This document shows positions 39,300 to 52,700 of a stretch of 64,000 nt of DNA, piece after piece. The number at the start of each line of letters is the position of its first letter. Positions within the stretch are counted from its first letter, which is position 1. The DNA is taken from positions 992,001 to 1,056,000 of the forward strand of contig NW_027271445.1 in the NCBI RefSeq assembly GCF_040938485.1, given 5' to 3'. Origin of the DNA: Diadema antillarum (taxonomy: Eukaryota). The notes under the pieces are model-generated. The model ran no database searches. It saw only the letters and a program-made list of their open reading frames with translations, and had not been told where the DNA came from. The position numbers were made by a program, and so were the translations under genes.

Positions 39300-39303
39300 G
39301 CAG

Positions 39304-39366
39304 CCTTTCATGTCACCAAGGTACCCCGGTGGACCCAGAGGGCCAGTTAGAATGCCAGGAAATCAG
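39304..39366 (+). CDS. SSBP3: Ssdp/SSBP exon '7', 63 nt, phase 0-0: PFMSPRYPGGPRGPVRMPGNQ
   Basis: gcAG at 39300-03 immediately after an N gap; donor CAG|gtatgt (39367). Matches the family signature PFMSPRY(P/A)GGPRPP. The 5' boundary is inferred from homology because the upstream sequence is a gap. Confidence 0.93.
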
Positions 39367-39409
39367 GTATGTTGCCTCCTTTCATCTCTTTGACTAATTC
39401 TGATCATTG

Positions 39410-39450
39410 TTATTTTTATTATTGTAATTCATAATTTGTTATTATTATTA

Positions 39451-39502
<52 letters not shown>

Positions 39503-39503
39503 C
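39410..39503. repeat. (ATT)n microsatellite just downstream of exon 7
   Basis: attattattattattattatt. Confidence 0.9.
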
Positions 39504-40738
39504 ATGTTTGTTTGTTTTTTTGCTAAAGGTGTTTTCTCTCTCTTGTTTCTTATGACGAGATTCTAACATTTATATGTATATGCACAAGAGGGAAACCTAC
39601 AAGTGTATTAGATATTATTTGATACCCAGTAGCTTGGGGACACACTGACCACCGGGATACATTCTAAAACCATGAATATCGCCTGTCAGCATATATGTGC
39701 CTCGAAGCCTACACTCATCGGTAGCGGTCAACTCCAGTCAAGATTCTGTGCTTGTTGTGTGTGTACTCACATAGAGATCAGTGGTAGAACTGTGCACAAG
39801 TAACTGTGGGTATTCTCAAATATATTTGAGCTGGGCCAGGCTTCCTACCCTATGGTATCCCCACGGTACCGCGTCTTTAAAAGGCAAAAAAGAAAACATG
39901 TCTTGTGATACATATGTTCCAGCAAGAGTGGTTAAGTCAAATGATGCAGGAATATAAATTGAACTGTTCTTGATCTCCTGCAAAGTCAACGAATGAAAGT
40001 TAAATGCACACACATCTTCACCTCTATCCATCTATACATCTACATGGACTTATAAATCTATGTATGTATATACGTGTACGTATACATGTGTACATTTCGA
40101 AGGATGGTATGTGCATATTTTTGTGTTCATGTGTGTGTTTGTGTGTGTGTGTGTGTGGTTACTATGTGATATCAGCGATGACAGGATGAAACCACTGAAC
40201 AGTGTTACTCAGCAGCTACAGATTGTTGCGTGATCATTATTCACTCTACATTCTTTTTTTCCTTCTTTTGTTGTTGTTGGTAGGTCTCACACATGAAAAT
40301 GGTTGCCGTACAGATATGGGCTGGGGGGGGGGGGGGCAACGAGTGACTTGTATGCTCAGTGCTGCTGCTAAATAAAGTGATATGGCAAGGCAGATAATGA
40401 TTAAATTTACAAGAAGGATATGCAGAATGAGAATACACCGAAGAAATCAGGTTAGGTATAACAAGGCACATATGATATATTAGTGGATATAAAAAAAGAA
40501 AAGGAGAGATACAGAAATTGGCACAGTGAAATGTACAAAGAAAATAAAAAGCTAAATAAATACAGCCAAACGATAAAAAGAGAAGAAGATGGCAAATATG
40601 TAGAGAAGTAGGAGATAAGGACAGATTGGCACAGATAAAAAGAGAAGGAAAAAAAAAAAAAAACGGGGGCGGGGGTTCGTTGCCGAAGAAAAGAATGTTG
40701 AAGATTGTCAAGGAGAAAGGAACTATGGAGATGTTTGC

Positions 40739-40977
40739 CAAGGCTTGACACTGACTTTTTTCTCTGGAAGCCCATTTGGGCTACTTAAATCTTTAAATCT
40801 GAAATTTTGGCGGCCCAAAAAAGAAACGTAGTTGCCCAAAATAGATGGAAACATGACAATCCATTTCTAATCTTGGATGCCCGATCGGGCCCCCAAAAGA
40901 TAGCCTTTTTGGAAAAAATTTGGTGGCGCGACACCAATTTTTTAGTGGCCCCGGGCCAACACTAATGTTTAGCCCTG
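40739..40977. mobile_element. MITE related to 46082-46297 (caaggcttgaca..tgtttagccctg)
   Basis: Similar termini and internal ttggtggc..tttagtggcc..ggcca blocks; no clear target-site duplication. Confidence 0.6.
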
Positions 40978-43286
40978 TGCCACACTGTCTCTGAAGAGGA
41001 TCTTTACAGGTGTCACCGCATCTGCAGTGTCGATACATTGTACCACTTTTGCTCAACATTGAACAAAAATGAAATGTACGTCATATGGCACAGATATGGC
41101 ATTTTCGCAATTATCTTGTCTGAAAAAGGTAGTAGTTGTGTTGACATCTAGAGTCAGGAGCCCCTTGTCAGTAAAACAGCAAAGGAGATTGTTAGGCCCT
41201 CATCAGAAAGCGAGTGCAGTCTTTCTATAGAACATGATTTCTTGCCTTGGAAAATGAGACAGGAATTTCATTAACTTCTTACCTTATGAAGGAGACTTCT
41301 GTCCGTACTGCTATGTGCGCTGTAAACTGTGTTTGGGCACTGTAGGAAAAGCAAAATGTCAAAGAAAGAAGAAAAGTGTGTTGTCATGACAATGAAGAGC
41401 GTGCAAGCAAAATTATAGTGTCTACCTGGTCACAGTTTAAAAGCAGTACTGTAGCTGTAGATTCATATTTCTTTTGGTATTGCTGTAAATAAAGTTAAAA
41501 TGTATGTGCTTGACTTGCAATGAGCAAAGAAAAGTAAAAAACAAACAAACAAACAGAAATAATTTCCAGTCTCAAAAACGTGGAGAGAAAACACCAAGTT
41601 GCAGGAAAGGAATGAAATAAATGTGCATTGGAATACTTGGAATCGTGAATTGTTATACATTATTGTTACTCTCTTTTTAAAGTCAGAGTTATGTGTTTGT
41701 GATCAATGGTTCATGGCCACTGTGTTTTTGTTTCACTGTTTTGTGTGTTTTTTCTGTTGTTCATCTGATCCGTCCAATTGTTGTGTAATGTTGTTTTTTT
41801 ATCCCACGTTTGCGACAGAAGAAAGAAAGAAAGAAATTTGTCCTACCGGTAAAAACAAAGCAAGACAAAACAATCAGTAGGGTTTTGTCCTTCAGGTGTG
41901 TACTCTGGACCAGAAAAAACAACAACAACAAAACCTCATACCTGTCTTCTGCTCTCACGAACCGACATTACAGTGTCTGAAGTAATTCTTTGCTACCCAC
42001 GTAATTAACCGCATTTCAAGGACACCTTCCTCCATAGAGATAAAAGAAACAAGGGCTAGTCATATGCGTCATTTGAAATATGTCTTCACAGGTGTGGCTT
42101 CTTTTCCATCCGTTGGAGCCTTATTCACTGTCGCATCTCGACAAAGAAGTTTGATTGGATAATGTGATGTTGGAGCCGACCTCTTATAGGTCAGTTCCTT
42201 CAGTTTCATTGGTCAACTTTACCAGGACATGAACAAAGCCACAGACGTATTTAGATGCTTGAACAGACTTGAATGGTGCGAAGCAAGTTTGATTGACGTA
42301 AGTTGTCCTATGAGCAGCTCCTGACTGAGTACAGGTATGACTACGTGCAAGCGCATCACATCTATTGTCCTTTGCTTTGTACCCAATGAATGTTAATCGC
42401 AAAGCTGACAAGACGAGGGGGTCACTATCGACAAACACTTAGTTTCGGGAGCAGTTGAAGATGTCACATTTGGAAAGGCAGCCTTTACCAATCACACACA
42501 CGCTGTCACGTCTCGGTGCATTGTCATGTTTGGAGTATTTTCGTATAAATGCGCTATCTAATGAACACAGCAAAGGAGTGACTTAGACTCACCTTTTCAC
42601 TTGCTGTAGAATCATGTATGATTTTGTGTGTTTGTCAACCAAGTCTATGCTTTGTTACTTTTGGTTTTTTTTTCTTCTAAGTTACAATCAAAGGGAGGCA
42701 GTCCTGAGAATTTTCACTGTATGATAATTAAGAAGAGTAAAGAATATAACCTTTCACTGATTTATATGCGTGGAAGAGTTGTGCCTCGGTGACGTCTGAC
42801 TCTCCGCCAAGACTTGCTCATTAGCATATTCACCGTGCAGATTACACTTTTTCAATCAAAATTTACAAGCTTATTTGATGATTTGAAAGTTTGTTTTTGG
42901 TGAAAGTAGTTTATTGGAGGTACCAACAACAACATATTTTTTTTTGAAATTCGTGAGGACTGCCTCACTTTAACATTCTTGTCGTGAATATCTGGGTCAA
43001 GTACCATCACTACATTGTACGAAATGATTTTGGTTCAGCAAAATATTTGGATATGTATTTCAACACTCTTAGATCTTATGGCTTGTTTCTGCGAAAAGAA
43101 TGCAAAACCTGATAACATGAATGAATGTTGTAAGTCTGGAAATGCAACGGACATGTCTAGATGCTGTGACTAGAATTGAAAAAAGGGGAGAGGTAAAAAA
43201 ATATGAGCTTGGCGGTTTCGTAACAGCTAGTTACGTGTAGCTGCAGTTGAGAAAGGTGATTTCCAATACGAAGTCAGCTTTATCGG

Positions 43287-43410
43287 CAAGCTGGTAGCAT
43301 TTTCCCAAACTTATCACACCTGTATTCTTCTGTGCTGATCTACAAAACAAGCTGGTAGCATTTTTGCAAACTTAGCACACCTGCATTCTTCTGTGCTCAT
43401 CTACAAAACA
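43287..43410 (+). repeat. Tandem duplication, 61-bp unit x2
   Basis: caagctggtagcattttcccaaacttatcacacctgtattcttctgtgctgatctacaaaa at 43287 and a copy at 43348. Confidence 0.9.
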
Positions 43411-44870
43411 CGTGAACTTTTTATGTGAGAACATGTGCTGTTTGGCCTTTGGGAACCTTTTTTTTTTTTTCTTGTTTTGTCTTTATTTGTCATGAAGAGG
43501 TGCTCCACCCCCTCTGAACTTGGAAGGTATGAAGTTCAGCGAATTAGTTTAAAAGTATCTGAATGTGAAGCTCATCTTTAATAAAGAGTTTTGTTTGTTC
43601 GTTTGTTTGTTTTTTGTCTGGTGTGTACACAGCTTGGTGGCAAATTATTTACAAAAGTGAGAAGAATTGTCAAGACATCATACACATCAGAAACACATTA
43701 CTAGTGAGGTTATTGTCACTAGAGGGCAGTATTCTCACATAGACAGTGGTAGGGGGTTGTCTATTGATCACGAAAGTGGCTGTAATGAATGGGTCCTTTA
43801 GGAACATAATGACCAATCTTTTTTTACTTTGATATTGTTTACTGTTATTGTAGTTGTTTTTATGATTATAATTATGGTTATGATTATGATTATGATTATT
43901 TTATTTCATTTTTATTATTATCATCAGCAGCTTTTGTTATTTTATTGGTAGATTAATGTGTTGTATAGAGATAAGTGTGCAACTCACTCATGCTTTTATG
44001 CTGCAGTGTATGTACACCAATATTTCTCTATGGCTGTCACTATCAACATGTCTTTTTTTTAAATCTTTGCTCCCTTAGACTCTTTTCTTTTCCATGTTTG
44101 GGGGGGGGGGGGGAGGGGGCAGCATGCAGGCAGTCAGTTTTTCTTGTGATTCTGTCTCCTTTCTCTTGTTTGAATGTATAGAAGCATTCCCAATAAAGCA
44201 CTTATACTCTGCCAAGTTTCATCTGTTATGTAGTTCTTCTTTATGCTGCTGAAAGGATAAAAGTGTTTTGGGCTGAGCCTGTCTGTGTGTACTGTAAATG
44301 CTGATTCAACATCATGCAGTTTGGAGAAAAAGAAATTGACATGAAGAGAATTATGTGTTATTACTCTGGATCTATTCATGCCTTAAATCTAGTCAGCTAC
44401 AATAAAAAGAATAAGAAAAAAAGAAGAAAAAAAAAAGGTTTGGTCGTAGAGCTATATGTTAATTGCCTTTGTTTTGCCTGCCAACCAGACAAGTTAGGTT
44501 TGTGTATATGACAAATGTTTATGTGTGTCAGGTGATGGCTTGATATGATTTATGATGATGATGATGATGATGATGACGATGTGTTGTTATCCAATCAAAG
44601 ACACAAAAGAACAACATCTTGATGGCATCATTTATTACACTTGACAACCAGAATCGACTTCATATTGTTTGATATGCACAAGAGTGAAATATTTTATGCT
44701 TGATAGCGAAATATTTTATGCTTGATAGTTAGATATTTCATCCTCGATAGTGAACTACTCTATACCTTAGGCAAGTTGACATGTTGTTTTAGCAGTAGTT
44801 TGCATTGAGTAAGAAGAAGCAATTTGGGTGTATTTAAGCATTGTCCTTGAATTATCAGTTTTTATTGTCT

Positions 44871-44911
<41 letters not shown>

Positions 44912-46081
44912 TTGCATGTTTGTGTGTATGTGTGTTTGATAAGTGAAGTGCCATGATAAGTTTAGAAAACCTCCTAGTCCATTGGCAAGATACAGTGAAT
45001 TTGGCTTGATATTGTTCGAAGTATCTAAGAATTTGTATGATGAAGTTAACAAAGTTCAGATAATTCATTGCTTGCTAACTGTTTACTCACAACATCAAAA
45101 TGGCATGAAATTTCATTGTCATATTTGCATTGAATATTTTTTTTGATAGAAAAACAAATACTTGTAAGACAAGCAAACAAACAAAATGTATACGTACATG
45201 AACCACCATGTTTATTATGTAGAATCAACTGGAAGATCGTATATTTACAAAACAACAACTAAACAAATACCCCTATCCAGTTTATGAAACTATTCTTTTC
45301 TTGCAAGAAGAAGTGATATATGGGATATGTCTTGATATATGGAAACATTGATATGTAAACAGTAGATAATTCAGTCTGAAAATATGGAACCTTAAATATC
45401 TCTATGAGTAAATTCATGGAAATTTGATGGGTCTGTTTAAATGACGTTTTAAATTCATTATTATTATTATTATTAGTGTAATTATCTTCTTTTTTTTCTT
45501 CAAATTTGCCAGTGTGGACTTGTGGTTGCAATGGAGTATTGAAGAAATATGTACTGAAAAATTCATGACACGATGTCTATTAACTCGTACCCCATTACAA
45601 AGTATGACTGCTGTGAGAATGTGAAAGTATTTTAGGAAGATGTATAACTGTGCAAGACATTACTTGAATACAAAATTGCTCATAAAACAAACTTTTCCAC
45701 ATCGTTGATGGAGTGTTGCAAATTAATATACCACCTTGAAGTCAGTCTCTTCTTCATTCCTATTTACACGGTTAGCTTTAGAATGAAATTCTCTGCCCAC
45801 CATATATTTCTTGGTATTTTTGTTTTTGCAAATCTTGTGAGTTGACTGGCATTTACAAATTTTGCTGTGTTCAGTTGATGTTTGTGAAATTAAACATATA
45901 CGAAAATACTGCCCAGTGTAACGTAATTGTTTTCTCCTGTCTCTGAGAAGATGGATTGCTAACTTTATTTTTGAAAAGGGATAATTTCATTCCAACAATG
46001 GGTTTCTAGATCGCAGATTCAACCACTTGCAAAATTGTCTTACAAGTCCAAGTTCATGAAATATATAATCCAATGCATATG

Positions 46082-46297
46082 CAGGGCTGGATACTAACTT
46101 TCTTCTCTAGGCCACTAAGATCAGTGAATTTGGTGCCCAAAATAAGATGTATACAAAGTTTAGTTTGAATTTTAGCTGTCCAAACGGGCCACCAAAAGAT
46201 AAACCATTTTTAAAGTTTGGTGGCCCGACTTTTTTTTTTTTTTTTTTTTTTTTTTAGTGGCCTCAGGCCACCAAGCCACAGCTCATGTCAAACCCTG
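46082..46297. mobile_element. MITE with CAGGG..CCCTG termini and a 7-bp direct repeat gcatatg
   Basis: gcatatg (46075-81)|cagggctggatac...tgtcaaaccctg|gcatatg (46298-304). Confidence 0.75.
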
Positions 46298-47121
46298 GCA
46301 TATGACACATACAGTTTATCTGCAGACTAGAAATAAGTTTGACTGAAAGCCTAAGTGTGTTTTGAATCTTGGGAAGGCTGGGGATGATGAACAGGCCTTT
46401 TTCACGAAGTCTGCGCCACTTTCATTTGATTTGAGCAAAACATTCTGGAATTGAAGTAATGATAGTCCATGTGTACAGGGTGTGGGCAGTGGCATGCTGC
46501 CCTCTTGTGACAGAATCTGGCCAGTATGAGGCAGGCAGTGGCCTGCTGCATATTATTAGGTGTGTTATTCTTGCAAGTGCATGTTTAGATGAGAAATATC
46601 ACCTGCAATTTATAGGAAACAACTAGCCTTTACTAGGTAGCAAAACCATGAAGATAGAGATGAGACTGAATGTCTTCCCTACTTAAGGAGACATATAGCA
46701 TTAAGGAGAGATGTCCACCCACAGTGTATATTGGCTTGTCCCCTAGGAATTGTACTATATTATAGAAAATGTGTAGAAGACCTTAGCACTTCTTCATTTT
46801 CTCAACAATTAATTTCTCTATTAAGTTGACATGTTTTTTTACTTCTACCCATTATTTATCAATAGTTTAGTTTTGGAGAAGGGGTAGGGGGACTGGGAAA
46901 AGATACAAAAGTATAGAATGTATTACTGGTATACCTTTTGTAGATGACCTATTGGAGTGGTATTATGGGACGCATCATAGGTTGCAAGATTTTTCTTTTT
47001 GTGAGGGGAGGGGGTGATGGATGGTCTGTTAATTAAGCCTTTCTGTACCAGGGACTTTAGAAGGGGTGCACCATGCTACAGGGTTTTCTGTGCTGACAGG
47101 CACTCAAACCACATAAAGGGT

Positions 47122-47341
47122 TACAGTAAACGGCATATTTATATTTCAAGAGGTTTTTATTTTGGTGAGTTTTGTGAATTTTGCGAGTTGGGTGCTAGTC
47201 GCGAATTTAAAAACACACGAAAATATCAACTCAGATCCCGACATAAATGAGACGTGCAAGCATACATTTCTCTCTTTAGTACTGTTCTCCATGATCGTGA
47301 ATTAATCAATGAGACTAGCGAAATATATGGCATATACAGTA
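47122..47341 (+). mobile_element. MITE with TACAGTA termini
   Basis: Degenerate TIRs; internal gcgaatttaaaaacacacgaaaatatcaa is shared in reverse complement with 58515-58543. Confidence 0.7.
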
Positions 47342-49353
47342 AATCAAAAGAAATTCAAGTACATACCGTAGAGGAGAGTGGAGGAACACCCATGGCATGG
47401 CTCTGCCTGTTGTATCTTGCATTTGAGGCAAAGCGATCCTGGACTGATTAAAACAAACAGAAGACAACGGCATAAAGACATTGGAGGTTGATGCCATTCA
47501 CTTCACTCTGTACATAGGCTGTATTGATTTTCATGTAATATAAATGCTGGAGTTGGATGTACATCAGCGGCTTGCAGACAGAGCAAAGACTTATTTTCAT
47601 GATAGCTTGAAAACAGTGTGTAACAATTCAAATTCAACCAAAAACTCCCTGTGGTCTCACAATACAGACCGTGAGAGCAAAGAGAAATTCACCAATATGT
47701 ACTTGAAAGCATATGGATACCTAAACTGACTCTTTAATACACTCTGCAAAGAAAACATTGTGCTAGTGCTTTCAAGATTTATTCTAAACCAATGCCATTA
47801 ACAAATTCATCAAATGCACTTACAACTGGTTAAAAATATATAAGCATGGTCATTAAGATCATCAATCAATCATCCTTTCATAATTCTTTAACTTTCTGGT
47901 TGAGTTGCCATCTATGAATGGAGACTAATTTCATCTGGCAATGAGGCATTTTATGAGGCATGACTTACTCTATATGCCTATGAGTTATGTGCTTAGAATG
48001 ACATTCATTTCATGCTATCAAAGAAGAAGATATACACATATATCCTTGATATTTAGAATGCAAATGATCATACGGTGGAAAGTAGTGCCTATATATATGT
48101 TTTATTTCCCAACTAATGAGAGACTAACTAATCTTTCTCGTAACTTGCTGGAATAATTGTGCATTAGATAAATCGCCGCTATGGGCAGTACAGATAAGAA
48201 AAATATGAAATCGACCATTAATCAATGTGACTGTCTGAGCTTTACAATCAGATGTACTTCTTTTGTTTTGTTTTTGCTACTGTTTAGCCAGGACGAAACC
48301 TGCAACTGGCTCTTGGTGATAGAGATATTCTTGATCAAAATGTTGGTCATTGATAATCCGCTGCTGAGAGAGAGAGAGAGAGTACAAGTGTACATTCTAG
48401 GCTGTGCTAGGGAGTCATATAAATATTGTCTATGATATGCCCAATTGACACACTTGTGAGAAAAAGAATGAGGCTGGGACAAGACTACCACCGTAAATTA
48501 TAAAGAGAAAATGCAAACAAATCGACCCCCCCCAAAAAAAAAAAAAAAAAAAAAAAAAGTAAAGGAGAGGTGCTACTTAGACACAAGCTTTATTGTAATA
48601 GAGGAGTATAAAGTTCAATGCACACTGACTGCACTCATGTAATTGAAAGTACTTGTTGCTGTATAGATTTTAAGGAAATATTCAAAGAGGTGCTTTGTTT
48701 TAAAATTCATGGATTCAGGTTCTCGATCGTCCTACTTACCTGACGGGACAGGATACACTCAAATACCCAAAGAAATCCAAAACATGGGTTTAAACCTTTC
48801 ACTCATAAATGTCATGTTAATGGTGAAAAAACAACTGCGATGGGCACCGTGGTTGATTTTTAATCTTTAGTGAGGCGATTAAGTAGGAGGGAATAGTCGG
48901 TGAAGGATGATGGAAAGTGTAGGGCATGTCATTTTGTTCCTCTCTCAACTTCCACAAAACTGCAAATAGTGTATACACTTGTGCTACCTTCCTATACAGA
49001 TGTTGAGCAAAGAGACAGATGGCCATTAATTTTCGAGCACATCCCCGTGAGATTTCGTTGGAAAGATCCAAGGGTTATTCTTCAAGCCCCTTGTCAGCTG
49101 AGCAAATTAATTGCATCAGCTGCAAAATATTGCTTTTATAGTCTCCCCGTAGATGGTATATTTGTCATGTGGAGATCCAAACAGTAAGCGTTCACTGCTG
49201 ACGTTTTAATTGCTTTTGACCAAGGCAGTCTCAGCATTACGCCTTTAAACGGTCACCCCTGGCTACATGCATGAGCCATCAAAAACAGCATTGTACAAGT
49301 TTAGATGTGTGTAGAGTTTTAGACAATCACGGGAGGATGATGTTAGAACAAAT

Positions 49354-49458
49354 GATAGGCTGGAAAGAGAATGAAGAGAAAGAAACTAGAGAGATAGATT
49401 AAAGGGATAGGCTGGAAAGACAATGAACAAAAAGAAACTAGAGATGGATTGAAGGGAT
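49354..49458 (+). repeat. Tandem duplication, 52-bp unit x2
   Basis: gataggctggaaaga..aatgaa..aaagaaactagaga at 49354 and 49406. Confidence 0.85.
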
Positions 49459-49498
49459 GGTATAGTTTGGTTGAAATGGATTTCAGGTTTTTTTTTAA

Positions 49499-49757
49499 GG
49501 TAATGAGAAACCTCTTACGAAGTATGAAAGAGCATATAATTCTAAAGAATTCTGAGAGTTTTTTTTTCTCATGAAAATCACTTTTGAAATGGCAGAGATA
49601 TCCAGAAACAAAGTGATCCTAATAAAAGATGGGTCCCACCTTTTATTAGGACCGTTTTGTTTTTCAGCCATTTCAAAACCGATTTTCATGTCATAAACTT
49701 TTATTTCCTTTTGGAAATTTATGCTCTTTCATATTTCACGAGTAGTTTCCCACTGCC
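49499..49757. mobile_element. Foldback MITE, Kolobok-like (TTAA|GG...CC|TTAC), almost fully palindromic
   Basis: Arms of about 125 bp centred on cctaataaaagatgggtcccaccttttattagg (about 49618-49650). Confidence 0.8.
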
Positions 49758-52700
49758 TTACCCCACCCCCCAAAAAACAAAACAAAACAAAACAAAACCC
49801 TGGAGCCCCATCTCAACCAAAACAACACCATCTCTTTTAAAGTACAGATATTGCAAGAGAGAGATAAAGGAAGAGAAAGAGGGAGAGAGAGAGGGAGAGA
49901 GAGGGTAAAATTAAGAGAAGAAATCTGATTTTCTAAAATATGGACTTTGTACAGAGTGTTTTCTTCATATGGACTTTAATTGCACATTTAAAGTCTTGTA
50001 AATTTAACATGATTTAGTTTACAAAGAAAATTTACAAATTTTAAGCCATTTTTTCCTTCATTGCATTTTCCTCAAGAAGTCTGCACAGTTGGCTTCAAAG
50101 TGAGTTGCCCCATTCAGCAAATGCATTGCAAAAGTTTTGAGAAGAAATTTTTGATGCGATTTCTGTCGATGCCAGCTTTTATCACAGATACGTCACAATA
50201 GATTTGTGGTAATCCTGTAACACTTGCCCAAGAAATGAGATGCATGCATTAATGGGCACGACGAAAACTTACCATCTAAAAGAAAAAACTTACCATCTAA
50301 AAGAAGAAAATTCTAAGGAACGTGGTCACATCCTGAGCTAAACAGAGTGGCAGTTCGATTTGCAGTATAAGCTGGTATGCTGTCCTGTAAACAATGCAAA
50401 ATACAAGAGAAATTTCTTGGAAATTAAAAAGAAATTTCAGTTTCCAGCAAATATTTGTGGTGCATCATACCGGAGTATTTTGGAGTTATGACGGTGACTG
50501 ACGCATCTTTTCTGTCCAGACTTCCGTTCGGGCAGAGATTGAAAAATTGAGGTTGACTGTGTGTCTTCCCCTCACGGGCGATATTTCATCAAATGAAGCC
50601 AAGCAGCCTTCACATTACGAACATGGTCAATAGACGTTTAATCACGAACGAGAGCCAAATGTGGCGTGACAGATGTTTAGGACTGATGCCTAGTGAAAGT
50701 TATTGGCCCTGCTTTTTTTTTTCTTTTTTACCCTCCTTTAGCCGTGCATGTATGCACATTGGACCACATCGTTGCAATATTGATCACAACCGTGGCATAT
50801 CCAAAGTGCTTCTGACAGCAGATTTTGATTGGAATGAGTCGCCTTTTCAGATATGATTAAAAAGAGACCAATGGGGGGGGGGGAACCAACAACAGGGGAC
50901 ATGATTTCATCATACAGCCGCCGTGTCAGGTGCACGCATGGTGGAAATGAAATTGGTTATTGATGTTGAATAGAGCAATGTTATTATTTCTCAAGATGTG
51001 TGCGTAGTTAGTGTAGATGTTCAGAAGAATCTTCGCCCAAAATATCTGCCCATACTTCATAACTCGTTGCATATCGTGCCCAAGAGAAGCACTGTTTTCA
51101 CATGAAATCTATGTCAAGATGGCAATGTTATTGTGAATAGGTACAGACATCAATATTATTCTCGCTCTCCTTTGGTAGGAGCTTGAATATAAATTAATCA
51201 AATCCTAAACGAATCAGAGCGAATGACACTAGATTTGGAATAACAGCTACAGGTTTTATTCCCCGTCCACTACAGTACCTGTATTAAATGCTTGTATCAG
51301 CTTACAAGTGAATGGGAAAGGTGTTGGGAGGTTGTAAAGCAGAATGGAGGAAAAGAAGTAAATTAGAATTAGGTAACATTTGATGAGACAATGAATGCAA
51401 AATTTCATATCGTGAGTCAAGTGTCAAGATATAACAAGAAATGTTCCCATCAATATTCCTAGCCGTGCCTTTACATACAAATCCAGAAAAGAATATTGCA
51501 AAGGTCTTGGATTTTCTGTGTCTCTGTCCTAAAATGATGGAATTAAAGCATGCTGTGCATGTAATACCGTAAAGGAAAATAGCAGCAATATTAATACAAT
51601 TTTACATTAAACTTAGTTTCTGTGATTAATAATGTTTAATACACACCTACACTGTACATCGATTCTGATATTCCTTTATGCATTTGGCAATTTGGGTTAG
51701 GATTTAGAAAGGAGACGGTTTATTTGATTTTGCTTCATTGATACTCGTCCATACAAATTAAGATTCATGGAACTTTTTGCAATTCCCCTGAGACATCAGG
51801 AGTGATTATCTCTCTTAAAATACTGGTGCATTACTGGAAAATGGACTGGAAGCAAGTACTTTGATATGTATGGTAAAAATGAATCCATGCAATTAACAGA
51901 ATGATGAATTAAAATGTGAGCGGAGAAACTACTGGAGGTCAACTTGAAGAAATATGAGGGGATAATACTTCAGATGTTTATCATACCAAATTATAAGTGC
52001 GGTTTTACTACCGAGCGCAGTGAATCTAAGAGTCTTATCAGTGATCCTTACTAGTCCTCCCTTCTCACAAGACCCACTACTAGATAATCAGGTAGATTTT
52101 ACTCTTGAGTGCAGTGAATTTAATATTCTTATCAGTGATCCCTGTTCTGTCCTATCTTCAGAGACCCTCTTTGATATTTATCTGGGCGTGTTTGTATATA
52201 TATTCATCAAAATTGTCATATTCTCCATTTCAATTGGTATGGCATAATAATACTTCAAGGAATATATTTCAAGCTTCAGAGATATGTAAGATGTCATTAT
52301 GCATAGATCTGTTTCCTTGGTCAATTTGATTGTGCTCTGCTGCCGTCACAGCGGGGTAGGTCGTCTACTTTGTCTGCCAGACAACATCAACATGTTGTCA
52401 GAGAGAATGGCTCCAAATTCTGATGGACTCGCCGGCTGTTAGGGGATCATTTATATCAATCGTCAGAAGTTTGGATCATAACATGCTTCGTACATGTATT
52501 CAGAGAGAGAAAAAGATGAAAGGAAAGGGGGTGGGGGGTGGGAGAAGAGGAGATATAGCAAGAATTGGGCACATAGAAAAGAGATGGGGGAGATGGGAGG
52601 GGAAATTATTATGTTTTAGTAATAACGTGGTACTACAGTAGTCTATTGCAGTGTTCCTACATGCACTTCATGCTCAAAAAGTTCTTGACATACTAGCAAT

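Noticed and set aside
48733-48757. tacttacctgacgggacaggatac, resembling the U1 snRNA 5' end
   Set aside because: Similarity stops after about 25 nt, with no stem-loops or Sm site. It is equally a minus-strand donor-like 9-mer with no supported antisense exon.
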